From positions 151,285-215,284 of the forward strand of contig VXYS01000004.1 in assembly GCA_009845905.1 (NCBI GenBank): a stretch of 64,000 nt of DNA, read 5' to 3'. Numbering within the stretch: position 1 is the stretch's first letter; each line of letters starts with the position of its first letter. Below are positions 19,263 through 28,418 of this stretch, in pieces. Both the position numbers and the translations under genes were made by a program. Under the pieces are notes generated by a model. That model searched no databases and was not told where the DNA came from. It worked only from the letters and a program-made list of their open reading frames with translations. The stretch comes from Gammaproteobacteria bacterium. Its GTDB lineage: Bacteria > Pseudomonadota > Gammaproteobacteria > Steroidobacterales > Foliamicaceae.

Positions 19263-20675
19263 CTAGTGAACGGGCATAAGCCGGCCGCGCGCGATGACGC
19301 GGTCGATCTTGCGGGTGTTACGAATGTCGGTGAGCGGGTTGGCGCGCAGCAGCACCAGGTCGGCGCGCATTCCCGGGGCGATCGCACCCATTTCATCCTC
19401 GAGCGCGAAAAACTTCGCCGGCTGAACCGTGGCGGCGCCCAAGGCGTCAAGCGGCGTCAGCCCGGCGGCGACCAGCACTTCCAGTTCGTTGTGCAGGCTG
19501 TAGCCGGGAATGGCCAGCGCTATCGGCGTGTCCGTGCCGGCGCCGACCGGCACCCCGGCTTCGTGCATGCGGGCGATCATGTCCAGCGTGTACCGCGCGA
19601 CCGTGAGATCGCGCTGCCCCGGGTCCCGGCTGACCCACGGCGAGGGCGAAGGACCGCTCCATTCGTCCTGCACCGCCTGCGGTATTTCGGCGAGCGCCAC
19701 CGGCCAGTCGTCCCGGTCGAAGACGGGAAACATGGAAAGCGCATTCAGGCGCGCGGTCGGAACCTGAATGGTGTTTCGCAGCGTCCCCAGGACTTCGGCG
19801 CATTGCGCTTCATCAAAAGCGGCGATCGCTTCCCTGCGCTGCAGACTGTGCAGGAACGTGCGCAGCTTCATGCCGGAGCTTTCTTCGCCCGCCGACAGTT
19901 GCTGCCGGCGCGTTTCGAGCAACTCATCGGAGTTTGCGGCGCAGTCCAGCTCGACATTCCGCAGGTGCTCCATCGAATTCACATGCGGACCGGCCGTTGA
20001 GGCGCGCATGGAAAGGGGCACGTGGGAGGCAATCGGCAGGCCGTACGTCCCCGCCGCTTCGACCAGTGCCGCGAACACTTCGGGGCTGACCATCTCGTAG
20101 ATCTTGATGAAGTCCACGCCCTGAGACTTGAGTTCCGCGACCCTGGACCGGGCCGTCGGGGCCTCAGGGTTCGGAACGCCGATTTCCGGCGCGTCGATTC
20201 CATCGTAAACCACCGTGGCGCCGTCCAGCAGCGGGCCGCTGAAGAACACCCGCGGCGCAACCGCTCCCTGGGCGCGCATGCGTTCCACCACGGGCGCCAT
20301 CTTCTCCATCAACCCGCCGGTATCGCGCACGCTGGTAATTCCGTATCGGATAAACATCTCCGGCATCGTGGCCGTGAACCGCTCGTCGTAGGTCAGGTGA
20401 ACGTGCATGTCCCACAGGCCCGGAATAAGGAACTTGCCGGTGCCGTCGATCTTCTCCGCGGCCGTGAAGTAGATCGAATCGGCGGGACCGACCAGCACGA
20501 TCCGGTCGCCGTCGATGAGCACCGTCTGCCCCGGCCGCTCGCCGGACACGGCGTCGATCACGGTCACGTTGCGGATCGCAATTCCGGATTGCGCATCCTC
20601 GGGCCCGGGCCCGCAGGCCCCGGTGGCCAGCAGGACCGGCAGGAAGCCGGCGACGAGCCTGGCTCGCGCGTTCAT
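19263..20675 (-). CDS. Amidohydrolase family lipoprotein
   Basis: Start at ATG 20675 overlapping the pgsA stop; lipobox-like ATGAC; PGLWDMHVH and GTDTP motifs. Confidence 0.85.
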   Translation of the reverse strand: MNARARLVAGFLPVLLATGACGPGPEDAQSGIAIRNVTVIDAVSGERPGQTVLIDGDRIVLVGPADSIYFTAAEKIDGTGKFLIPGLWDMHVHLTYDERFTATMPEMFIRYGITSVRDTGGLMEKMAPVVERMRAQGAVAPRVFFSGPLLDGATVVYDGIDAPEIGVPNPEAPTARSRVAELKSQGVDFIKIYEMVSPEVFAALVEAAGTYGLPIASHVPLSMRASTAGPHVNSMEHLRNVELDCAANSDELLETRRQQLSAGEESSGMKLRTFLHSLQRREAIAAFDEAQCAEVLGTLRNTIQVPTARLNALSMFPVFDRDDWPVALAEIPQAVQDEWSGPSPSPWVSRDPGQRDLTVARYTLDMIARMHEAGVPVGAGTDTPIALAIPGYSLHNELEVLVAAGLTPLDALGAATVQPAKFFALEDEMGAIAPGMRADLVLLRANPLTDIRNTRKIDRVIARGRLMPVH

Positions 20676-21232
20676 GAGGCGGATGTGCTGCGCACGGCCG
20701 TCCTGGCCCGCAACATGTACAAGGCGCCGGTCAGCAGCGTCAGCACGGCCGATAACAGCAGTAATACGTAACCGATTTCGTACAGCGGCAGGAACCACAG
20801 CGGTTCTTCGTACAGCATGAACGCCAGGGCCACCATCTGCCCGATGGACTTGTACTTGGCCAGCTGGATGACGTTGACCCGTCCCCGCTGACCGAGCGCC
20901 GCCATCCATTCCCGCAGCGCCGAAACGGCCACCTCCCGGCCGATGATCACGATCGCCACCAGCGCCAGCACCATACCCGGATTGGCCTGAACCAGGAGCA
21001 GCAGCGCGGCGATGACCAGCAGCTTGTCCGCTACCGGGTCCAGGAAAGCCCCGAAACGCGATCCCTGGTCGAAGCGCCTCGCCACCCAGCCGTCCGCCCA
21101 ATCGGTGAGCGCGGCGGCGCCGAACACGAGACCGGCAACCGGGTGCGCCCAGGGATACGGAAGGTAGTAAAGGGCCACGATGCTGGGCATGGCGGCGACC
21201 CGGAACCACGTCAGGATGATCGCGAGGTTCAT
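20672..21232 (-). CDS. pgsA: CDP-diacylglycerol--glycerol-3-phosphate 3-phosphatidyltransferase
   Basis: TDWADGWVAR...GAFLDPVADK CDP-alcohol motif; follows uvrC. Confidence 0.96.
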   Translation of the reverse strand: MNLAIILTWFRVAAMPSIVALYYLPYPWAHPVAGLVFGAAALTDWADGWVARRFDQGSRFGAFLDPVADKLLVIAALLLLVQANPGMVLALVAIVIIGREVAVSALREWMAALGQRGRVNVIQLAKYKSIGQMVALAFMLYEEPLWFLPLYEIGYVLLLLSAVLTLLTGALYMLRARTAVRSTSAS

Positions 21233-21273
21233 GCCGCCACTATAGCCAATTCGCCCCCGCCCCGGCGCATGGG

Positions 21274-23100
21274 TCAGTGCAGCGCGCCGTAGATTCTCTG
21301 CGCGAGTTCCGGACCGATGCCGGGCAGTTTGCGCAAATCCTCCACGGGAGCGGCCTCTACGCCGCGCAATCCGCCAAAATGGCGCAGGAGCTGGCGGCGG
21401 CGCTTGGGCCCCAGCCCCGGCACTTCCTCCAACACCGAGGACTTGCGCGCGCCGTGGCGTCGGCGACGGTGGCCTTCCAGTGCGAAGCGGTGGGCTTCGT
21501 CGCGTATTCGCGCGATCAATTTCAGCGCCGCGGAGCCCGACCCCGGAATCAGCGGCCGGGCGAAATCCGGCATGTAGATACGCTCGCGGCCCTCGCGGCG
21601 CCCGAAACCCTTGGCCACGGCGGCCACCGGCATGCTCGACAGCCCCAGCGCTTCCAGCTCGGCGCGCGCCGCATTCAGCTGGCCGCGGCCGCCGTCGATC
21701 AGCAGCAGTTCCGGCAACGGCGATTCTTCCCGGACAAGCCGGCCATAGCGCCGGCGTACGGCCTCGGCAATGGCGCCGTAGTCGTCGCCGCTTTCGGCGC
21801 CGCGGATATTGAACCGCCGGTACTCGGACCGGCTCGCACCCTCGGGCGAGAAGACCACGCAGGACGCAACCGGAGACTCACCGCCGGTATGGCTGATGTC
21901 GAAGCACTCGATGCGCTCGGGCGGGCGCATCAGGCGCAATTCCCTTGCCAAGGCCTTCAATTGGGAAGCGAGGCCCCGGGCGCCCGCGGCCTGCTGCAGC
22001 GCCCCGGCCTCCGCGTTCCTCCGCGCCAGCTCGACCCAGCGCCGGCGCCAGCCGCGCACATTCCAGCGCACCGCCACGCGATGGCCGCTCTGCATGCCCA
22101 GCGCGCCCTCCAGCAGTCCGCGCCGGCTGACCGGTCCGCCGGTAATGACTTCCCTCGGTGCGCCGCGCTCGAAGTAATGCTGCGAGATGAAGGCGCCCAG
22201 CACCTCGTCGGACTCGGCCCCCGGCACGACCCGCGGAAAGAACAGCCGGCTGCCGGTCAGCGTGCCGCGCCGGATCCACAACACGGCCACGCAGAAGACG
22301 CCGCCGCTTTCGGCCACCGCGACCACGTCCAGGTCGCGCGCCGCGCCGCCCGCCACCGACTGGCTGGCCTGTATCCGCTGAAGCGCGGCCACCCGGTCGC
22401 GCAGCTGCGCCGCGCGTTCGTAATCCAGGTCCTCCGCCGCCCGTTCCATGCGTCCCAGCAGGTCCTCCAGCACCGCTTCGTTCTTTCCTTCCAGAAACAG
22501 CAGCGCCTGGCTTGCATCGGCCGCATATTCCTCTTCGCTCACCAGGCCCACGCAGGGCGCCGTGCAGCGGTCCAGCTGGTACTGCAGGCAGGGCCGCTCA
22601 CGGTAGCGGAAATAGGAGTCCTCGCAAAGCCGGATGCGGAACAGCTTCTGCGCCTGGCCCAGCGCGCTGCGCACCGCCGCGGCATTGGAATAAGGGCCCA
22701 GGTAACGGCCCTTGCCGCGCCGCGCGCCACGATGGAAGGCAAAGCGCGGGAACGGGTCGCGGGTGGTCGCGTAGATGTACGGATAGCTCTTGTCGTCGCG
22801 CAGATAGATATTGAACCGCGGCTTGTGGCGCTTGATCAGGTTGCATTCCAGCAGCAAGGCTTCCTGCTCCGTTTCCGTGACGGTCACTTCCACCCGCCGG
22901 GTGCGGTTCATCAGTTTCTGGATGCGCGGCTGATGGCTGCGCGAACCGAAGTACGACGCCACCCGGCGCCTCAGGTTCTTGGCCTTGCCCACGTAAAGGA
23001 TGGCGCCCCTGCCGTCCAGCATCCGGTAGACGCCGCAGCTCCGGGTCAGGCTCTCGAGGAATTTCCCCGGATTGAAATCGTCCTGTTTTTCGGCGCTCAT
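21274..23100 (-). CDS. uvrC: Excinuclease ABC subunit C
   Basis: GVY...YVGKAKNL GIY-YIG, RIECFDISH, IDGG.GQ, RDEAHRFA and HhH motifs. Start moved to ATG 23100. Confidence 0.97.
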   Translation of the reverse strand: MSAEKQDDFNPGKFLESLTRSCGVYRMLDGRGAILYVGKAKNLRRRVASYFGSRSHQPRIQKLMNRTRRVEVTVTETEQEALLLECNLIKRHKPRFNIYLRDDKSYPYIYATTRDPFPRFAFHRGARRGKGRYLGPYSNAAAVRSALGQAQKLFRIRLCEDSYFRYRERPCLQYQLDRCTAPCVGLVSEEEYAADASQALLFLEGKNEAVLEDLLGRMERAAEDLDYERAAQLRDRVAALQRIQASQSVAGGAARDLDVVAVAESGGVFCVAVLWIRRGTLTGSRLFFPRVVPGAESDEVLGAFISQHYFERGAPREVITGGPVSRRGLLEGALGMQSGHRVAVRWNVRGWRRRWVELARRNAEAGALQQAAGARGLASQLKALARELRLMRPPERIECFDISHTGGESPVASCVVFSPEGASRSEYRRFNIRGAESGDDYGAIAEAVRRRYGRLVREESPLPELLLIDGGRGQLNAARAELEALGLSSMPVAAVAKGFGRREGRERIYMPDFARPLIPGSGSAALKLIARIRDEAHRFALEGHRRRRHGARKSSVLEEVPGLGPKRRRQLLRHFGGLRGVEAAPVEDLRKLPGIGPELAQRIYGALH

Positions 23101-23111
23101 AGGCGCCAACG

Positions 23112-24476
23112 CTAAGCGGCCGCCTGTTGCGTGATCGACATGGCCAGTTCCATCGCCTGCTCGTAGTTCAGGCGCGGATCGACCTGGGTGCGGTAGCTCT
23201 TGTCGAGACCCGCCTCGTCCAGCCCACGCGCGCCGCCGATGCACTCGGTGACGTTCTCGCCGGTCAGTTCCAGGTGCACGCCGCCGAGGACGGTGCCGGC
23301 GCGCGAATGCAGTTCGAAAGACTGCTTCAGTTCCGCTTCGATATTCTCGAGCCGGCGCGTCTTGCGGCCGTTGGCGACCGTCTCGATATTGCCGTGCATG
23401 GGATCGCACATCCAAAGGACCAGTGCGCCGGCGCGCTGCACCGCGTCGATCAGGGACGGCAGCACCTCGCCGACCTTGCCCGCGCCCATGCGGTGGATCA
23501 GCGTGATGCGTCCCGGCTGGTTGTCAGGGTTCAGGATCCGGAGCAGGTCCAGCAGCCACTCGGGCGTCATTCCCGGGCCGATCTTGATCCCCATGGGATT
23601 GGCCACCCCGCGGAAAAACTCCACGTGCCCGCCGTCGGGTTGCGCGGTTCGCATGCCGATCCAGGGGAAATGAGCGGTCAGGTCGTACCACAGCCCTCGG
23701 TGATCCAGGTATCGGGTCTGGGCCTGCTCGTAGTGCAGCAGCAGGCCCTCATGCGAAGTGTAGAAATCGGTGCGGCGCAGGCGGCTCAGGTCGCGCCCGG
23801 TCGAGTGCTCGATAAAATCCAGGGAGCGGGTAATCCGGTCCACGATCACTTCGTAAGCCTGGGACTGGGGCGAATGATTCACCCAGTCCAGGTCCCAGTT
23901 CTCCGGGTGGTGCAGATCGGCGAACCCGCCGTCCACCAGCGAGCGGATGAAGTTCAGCGTCAATGCGGCGCGCTCGTAGCCGCGCAGCAGCAGTTTGGGG
24001 TCCGGCTCGCGGTCGCCGGTGGTGAACGATTCCCGGTTCACCAGGTCGCCGCGGAAGCTCGGCAGCGACACCTGCTCGCGCGACTCCAGCGGCGCCGAGC
24101 GCGGCTTGGCGTATTGCCCGGCCATGCGACCGATGCGCACGATCGGCTTGCGCAGACCGTAGCTCAGCACCAGGCTCATCTGCAACAGCACTTTCAGCCG
24201 ACTCACGATGATGTCGGAGGTGCATTCCTCGAAGGTCTCGGCGCAGTCGCCGCCCTGCAGCACGAAGCTCTCGCCCCGCTGCGCCTCCGCGATGGCCGTG
24301 CGCAGCGATTCGACTTCCCAGCTGGTCACGATGGGCGGCAGCGCGGACAGCTCTTTCAGCGCCGCGTCCAGCGCCTCGGCGTCACGGTATTCCGGCTGTT
24401 GCTGGGTTTCCCGGCCGAGCCAGCCGTCCGGACTCCACTCGTCCGATGCCTGTTTGTCGGTCAGCGCGAAAGCCAT
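23112..24476 (-). CDS. Class II DAHP synthase
   Basis: QGGDCAE, GRMAGQYAKPRS, CDPMHGN, HLELTG.NVTEC and DPRLN motifs. Confidence 0.95.
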   Translation of the reverse strand: MAFALTDKQASDEWSPDGWLGRETQQQPEYRDAEALDAALKELSALPPIVTSWEVESLRTAIAEAQRGESFVLQGGDCAETFEECTSDIIVSRLKVLLQMSLVLSYGLRKPIVRIGRMAGQYAKPRSAPLESREQVSLPSFRGDLVNRESFTTGDREPDPKLLLRGYERAALTLNFIRSLVDGGFADLHHPENWDLDWVNHSPQSQAYEVIVDRITRSLDFIEHSTGRDLSRLRRTDFYTSHEGLLLHYEQAQTRYLDHRGLWYDLTAHFPWIGMRTAQPDGGHVEFFRGVANPMGIKIGPGMTPEWLLDLLRILNPDNQPGRITLIHRMGAGKVGEVLPSLIDAVQRAGALVLWMCDPMHGNIETVANGRKTRRLENIEAELKQSFELHSRAGTVLGGVHLELTGENVTECIGGARGLDEAGLDKSYRTQVDPRLNYEQAMELAMSITQQAAA

Positions 24477-24559
24477 TTTTCGTCCCCCCTGCGGTTTTGC
24501 CGGGCGAACCCCGAATTCTAACGGCGAACACCCTTGCGTGCTATGATGCTACGCCCTTT

Positions 24560-26140
24560 ATGCAAGCACCTTCCAAAGCGCGCAAGTTGCTGTTTTCGTC
24601 CGCCCTGCTGGTCCTTGCGGGCGTATTTTTGTGGCGCGCGGGCCCGGCGCAGGATGCTCCCGAAGAGCCCGTCGAAGAGGAGTCCCGGGACCTCGCGCTG
24701 GTGCTCACGATCGAAGACGCCATCAGCGTTGCGACCGCCGAGTTTTTCATCACGAGTCTCGAGACCGCGCAGGAGCGCAAGGCCAGGATCCTGGTGCTTG
24801 AACTGGACACGCCCGGCGGCCTGATGATCGCGATGGAAGACATGATCAAGGCGATCCTGGCTTCGGACGTGCCGGTGGCGGTGTACGTGACGCCGAGCGG
24901 AGCCAAGGCGGCCAGCGCGGGCACGTATATCCTCTACGCCAGCCATGTCGCCGCCATGAACCGCACGACGACGCTGGGCGCGGCGACACCGGTGAGCATG
25001 GGCCAGGCCGGCGGCGCTGCCGCTTCGATCGGGGCGGTGCTGCTTGACGAACACGAGTCCTCCAGTAGCGAAAGCGATGACGCGGGCGCCTCGCGGGACG
25101 AAGCGGAAGAAGGCCCAGCCGGTGAAGACGGCGACTCCTCGGAAGACGGCGATTCCTCCGAAGATGCCGAGGAGTCTCCGGGCAGGACCGCGGAGGAAAT
25201 CGACGCCGAGGCCATGAAGCGCAAGATCGTCAACGACGCGGTGGCCCGGATACGCTCGCTCGCCAACCTGCGCGGGCGCAACGCCGACTGGGCCGAAGAG
25301 GCGGTGCGCGAGGGCGTGACGCTGGAATCCGAGGAAGCCGTCGATATGAACGTCGCCGACTTCATCGCCAACGATCTGACGGACCTGCTCGAGAAGGCGG
25401 ACGGCCGGGAGGTGGACCTGAACGGCGAGAAAGTCCGCCTTCAGACGGCCGGAGCGGAGGTCGAGCGGCTGGAACCCGACTGGCGCACCCGCTTCCTGTC
25501 GATCCTGACCAACCCGAACGTGGCTTACCTGCTGCTGATCGTCGGCCTTTACGGGCTGCTGCTGGAAGGTTATAACCCCGGCACATGGATACCCGGAGTC
25601 ATCGGCGTTATCTGCCTGCTGCTGGCGGCCTATGCGCTGAGCATATTGCCGGTCAATTACGCGGGGCTGGCGCTCATGGCCCTGGGGGTGGGCCTTATCG
25701 TTGCGGAATCCATTACGCCCAGTTTCGGCGTATTGGGATTTGGAGGAGTCGTGGCATTCGTTGTGGGATCGATCATTCTGTTTGACACCGGCATTCCCGG
25801 ATTCGAGGCGCCGCTACGCGTGATCGGGGGCGTGGGGCTGGCGGCCGGGCTGATCATGTTTGGCCTGGTCGTTGTGCTTGCCCGCAGCCGGCGCCGGCCT
25901 GTGGTCAGCGGCGCGGAAAGCCTGGTGGGCCGCAGGGCCGTGGTCCTGGAGGACTTTGAGAGCGCCGGGCCGGTGCTGGTTCAGGGCGAGCGCTGGCATG
26001 CCACCAGCGAGTCTCCGGTCAGGAAGGGCCAGGAACTTTACGTGCAGTCGGTGGACCGGCTGCGCCTGGAAGTAGGGGATGCGCCGCCCGTGCGCGCGAC
26101 GCGTCCAAACTTATTCTCTTTGTTGAAGAAAACGGGATAA
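24560..26140 (+). CDS. nfeD: NfeD family membrane serine protease
   Basis: LDTPGGL, AASAG and GAATPV motifs, TM segments, C-terminal OB-like domain. Start moved to ATG 24560. Confidence 0.9.
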   Translation: MQAPSKARKLLFSSALLVLAGVFLWRAGPAQDAPEEPVEEESRDLALVLTIEDAISVATAEFFITSLETAQERKARILVLELDTPGGLMIAMEDMIKAILASDVPVAVYVTPSGAKAASAGTYILYASHVAAMNRTTTLGAATPVSMGQAGGAAASIGAVLLDEHESSSSESDDAGASRDEAEEGPAGEDGDSSEDGDSSEDAEESPGRTAEEIDAEAMKRKIVNDAVARIRSLANLRGRNADWAEEAVREGVTLESEEAVDMNVADFIANDLTDLLEKADGREVDLNGEKVRLQTAGAEVERLEPDWRTRFLSILTNPNVAYLLLIVGLYGLLLEGYNPGTWIPGVIGVICLLLAAYALSILPVNYAGLALMALGVGLIVAESITPSFGVLGFGGVVAFVVGSIILFDTGIPGFEAPLRVIGGVGLAAGLIMFGLVVVLARSRRRPVVSGAESLVGRRAVVLEDFESAGPVLVQGERWHATSESPVRKGQELYVQSVDRLRLEVGDAPPVRATRPNLFSLLKKTG

Positions 26141-26150
26141 GGAGTTAATA

Positions 26151-26903
26151 ATGTTGACTTATGTCATTGCGGGAATAATCGTTCTCGTGCTCATAGTCGC
26201 CTCGGTGCGAATCCTCTCGGAGTACGAGCGCGGGGTGATTTTCCTGCTCGGCCGGTTCTGGAAGGTAAAGGGACCGGGACTGATCATCGTGATTCCGCTG
26301 GTCCAGCGGATGGTCCGGGTGGACCTGCGCGTCATCGTGATGGACGTGCCCACCCAGGACGTGATCTCACGCGACAACGTATCGGTGAAAGTCAATGCGG
26401 TGGTGTATTTCCGTATCGTGGATCCCGAGCGGGCCATCATCCAGGTGGCGAACGTTTTCGAGGCCACCAGCCAGCTGGCGCAGACGACCCTGCGCTCCGT
26501 GCTGGGCCAGCATGAACTGGACGAAATGCTGTCCGAGCGCGACAAGCTCAACCAGGATATCCAGGTGATCCTCGATCAGCACACCGACGCCTGGGGCATC
26601 AAGGTCTCCAACGTCGAGATCAAGCATGTGGACCTGGACGAGAGCATGATCCGGGCGATCGCCGCCCAGGCCGAGGCCGAGCGGGCCCGGCGCGCCAAGG
26701 TCATTCACGCCGAAGGCGAAAGTCAGGCTGCCGGACAATTGTCGGAAGCCGCGTCCAAATTAGCCGAACAGGGACAAGCCTTGCAGTTGCGTTACCTGCA
26801 AACGCTTACCGAGGTGGCGAATGAGGGCACTTCCACCATCGTCTTCCCGTTGCCGATAGACCTCATTGAGCCTCTGCTGAAGATGGCCGGCAAAAAATCA
26901 TGA
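26151..26903 (+). CDS. SPFH/stomatin-like protein
   Basis: [28 protein letters not shown] and QLRYLQTL motifs. Confidence 0.95.
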   Translation: MLTYVIAGIIVLVLIVASVRILSEYERGVIFLLGRFWKVKGPGLIIVIPLVQRMVRVDLRVIVMDVPTQDVISRDNVSVKVNAVVYFRIVDPERAIIQVANVFEATSQLAQTTLRSVLGQHELDEMLSERDKLNQDIQVILDQHTDAWGIKVSNVEIKHVDLDESMIRAIAAQAEAERARRAKVIHAEGESQAAGQLSEAASKLAEQGQALQLRYLQTLTEVANEGTSTIVFPLPIDLIEPLLKMAGKKS

Positions 26904-28330
26904 GCCGGGAATACGACGTCATCGTGGTCGGCGCCGGTTCCGCCGGCCTGCCGGCGGCCATCTTCGCGGCCCAGGGCGGCGCCCGCGTGCTGCAGATCGA
27001 CGCCGACACGCGCGTCGGCGGGACGCTCTACTGGTCTTCCGGCCAGATCAGCGCCGCGGGCACGCGCCAGCAGGCCGCACTGGGCATCGAGGACAGCCCC
27101 GAGGAACACTACCAGGACGCCCAGCGCATCGCCTACGGCGGGATAGACCCGGTCCTCGGGCGGCTGGCGACAGGCGGCGCCGCGGACACCCTGCACTGGC
27201 TCATGGACATCGGTCTCGAGCTGGCGCCGGAAACGCCCGTCGCAGGGATGGTGCACGAACCCTATACGACGCGCCGGTACGTCTGGGGCCATGAGCAGGC
27301 GATTTCGATTCTCAAGGTGATCGAGCCCGTGCATCGTGAACTGGTGGCGTCGGGGGCGATCGACCTGCGGCTGCAGACCCGCATGACCGGCCTGCTCACT
27401 TCCGCTTCCGGGTCCGTGGTCGGAGTCAAGGCCGAAAGCAACGGCCAGGAAGTCGAATTCCGGGCGCCGAGCGTGGCGCTGACCACCGGCGGTTACGCCG
27501 CCAATCCCGAACTGTGGAACGAGGTCACGCCCTACCCCCTGCATTCCCATTGCAACCCGTTTTCACGCGGTGAAGGCATCATTGCGGCCCGCGAGATCGG
27601 CGCCAAGATCGACCGCACCGACCAGTTCCTGGCCACCTTCGCGGGCTTCCTGCAGGACCCGGGCGATCCCCTGAGCGCCTGGTTCTTCCAGCTTGCGCCG
27701 GCCTACCGGGCGCCATGGGAAATCTACGTGGACGGCCAGGGCAAGCGGTTCCTGCGCGAGGACCACCCGAGCATTCACTACAGCGAAACTTCGCTGTTGA
27801 AGCAGCCCGGCATGCGCATGGTCATCGTGTTCGACGAAGGCATACGCCAGAACGCGACGCCGATGTCCGTATTGGACAAGCAGGGCCGAGACCTGCGTCC
27901 CGAATTCAATACGCACCCGTCGTTCCAGAAGGCCGACTCCATCGAGGAACTGGCCGGCCGGTTCGATATCCCGCCGGACAACCTCGTGGCGACGGTCAAT
28001 CGTTACAACGAAGCCGTCGACAATCACGAGGACCCCGAATTCAATCGCCTGTACATGCCGCGCCGCGTCGACCGCGCGCCGTTTTACGGCATTGAGGCGG
28101 TGGGCGTGACCGTGATCAGTCCCGGCGGCGTCAACGTGAACGGCGACCTGCAGGTCGTGGACGAGTCCGACAAGCCGATCGGCGGCCTCTACGCCGCCGG
28201 CGAAATACTCGGCTTCACGCGCCTGTCGGGCGCGGCCTTCGTCGGCGGCATGTCGCTGATGCCGGCCATGACCTTCGGCCGCATGATCGGCGAGCAGGCC
28301 GCCGCCCAACTGAAAGCCCGCGCCGCCTGA
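26900..28330 (+). CDS. FAD-dependent oxidoreductase (fumarate reductase/ketosteroid dehydrogenase superfamily)
   Basis: [18 protein letters not shown] and GLYAAGE motifs; ATGA overlap with the SPFH gene. Confidence 0.85.
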   Translation: MSREYDVIVVGAGSAGLPAAIFAAQGGARVLQIDADTRVGGTLYWSSGQISAAGTRQQAALGIEDSPEEHYQDAQRIAYGGIDPVLGRLATGGAADTLHWLMDIGLELAPETPVAGMVHEPYTTRRYVWGHEQAISILKVIEPVHRELVASGAIDLRLQTRMTGLLTSASGSVVGVKAESNGQEVEFRAPSVALTTGGYAANPELWNEVTPYPLHSHCNPFSRGEGIIAAREIGAKIDRTDQFLATFAGFLQDPGDPLSAWFFQLAPAYRAPWEIYVDGQGKRFLREDHPSIHYSETSLLKQPGMRMVIVFDEGIRQNATPMSVLDKQGRDLRPEFNTHPSFQKADSIEELAGRFDIPPDNLVATVNRYNEAVDNHEDPEFNRLYMPRRVDRAPFYGIEAVGVTVISPGGVNVNGDLQVVDESDKPIGGLYAAGEILGFTRLSGAAFVGGMSLMPAMTFGRMIGEQAAAQLKARAA

Positions 28331-28417
28331 CCTGGAAGCGAGGGCGTCCTGGGTGGGAGGGCGTCCCGCCCTCCTTTAAGGCGGTGACGCCGTGGGGGCC
28401 ATGCCCCCACTCCCAGG
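28331..28417. repeat. Family A palindromic element, composite copy
   Basis: CCTGG...GAGGGCG-TCC-CGCCCTC...GTGGGGGC-CAT-GCCCCCAC...CCCAGG, directly after TGA, between convergent genes. Confidence 0.85.
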
Positions 28418-28418
28418 G

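Noticed and set aside
19263-21209. Apparent pgsA-amidohydrolase 648-aa fusion
   Set aside because: The upstream part is an alternate frame over pgsA; the real start is ATG 20675.
25060-25110. 18-nt tandem duplication in nfeD (EDGDSS x2)
   Set aside because: Low-complexity acidic loop; only two units and in frame.
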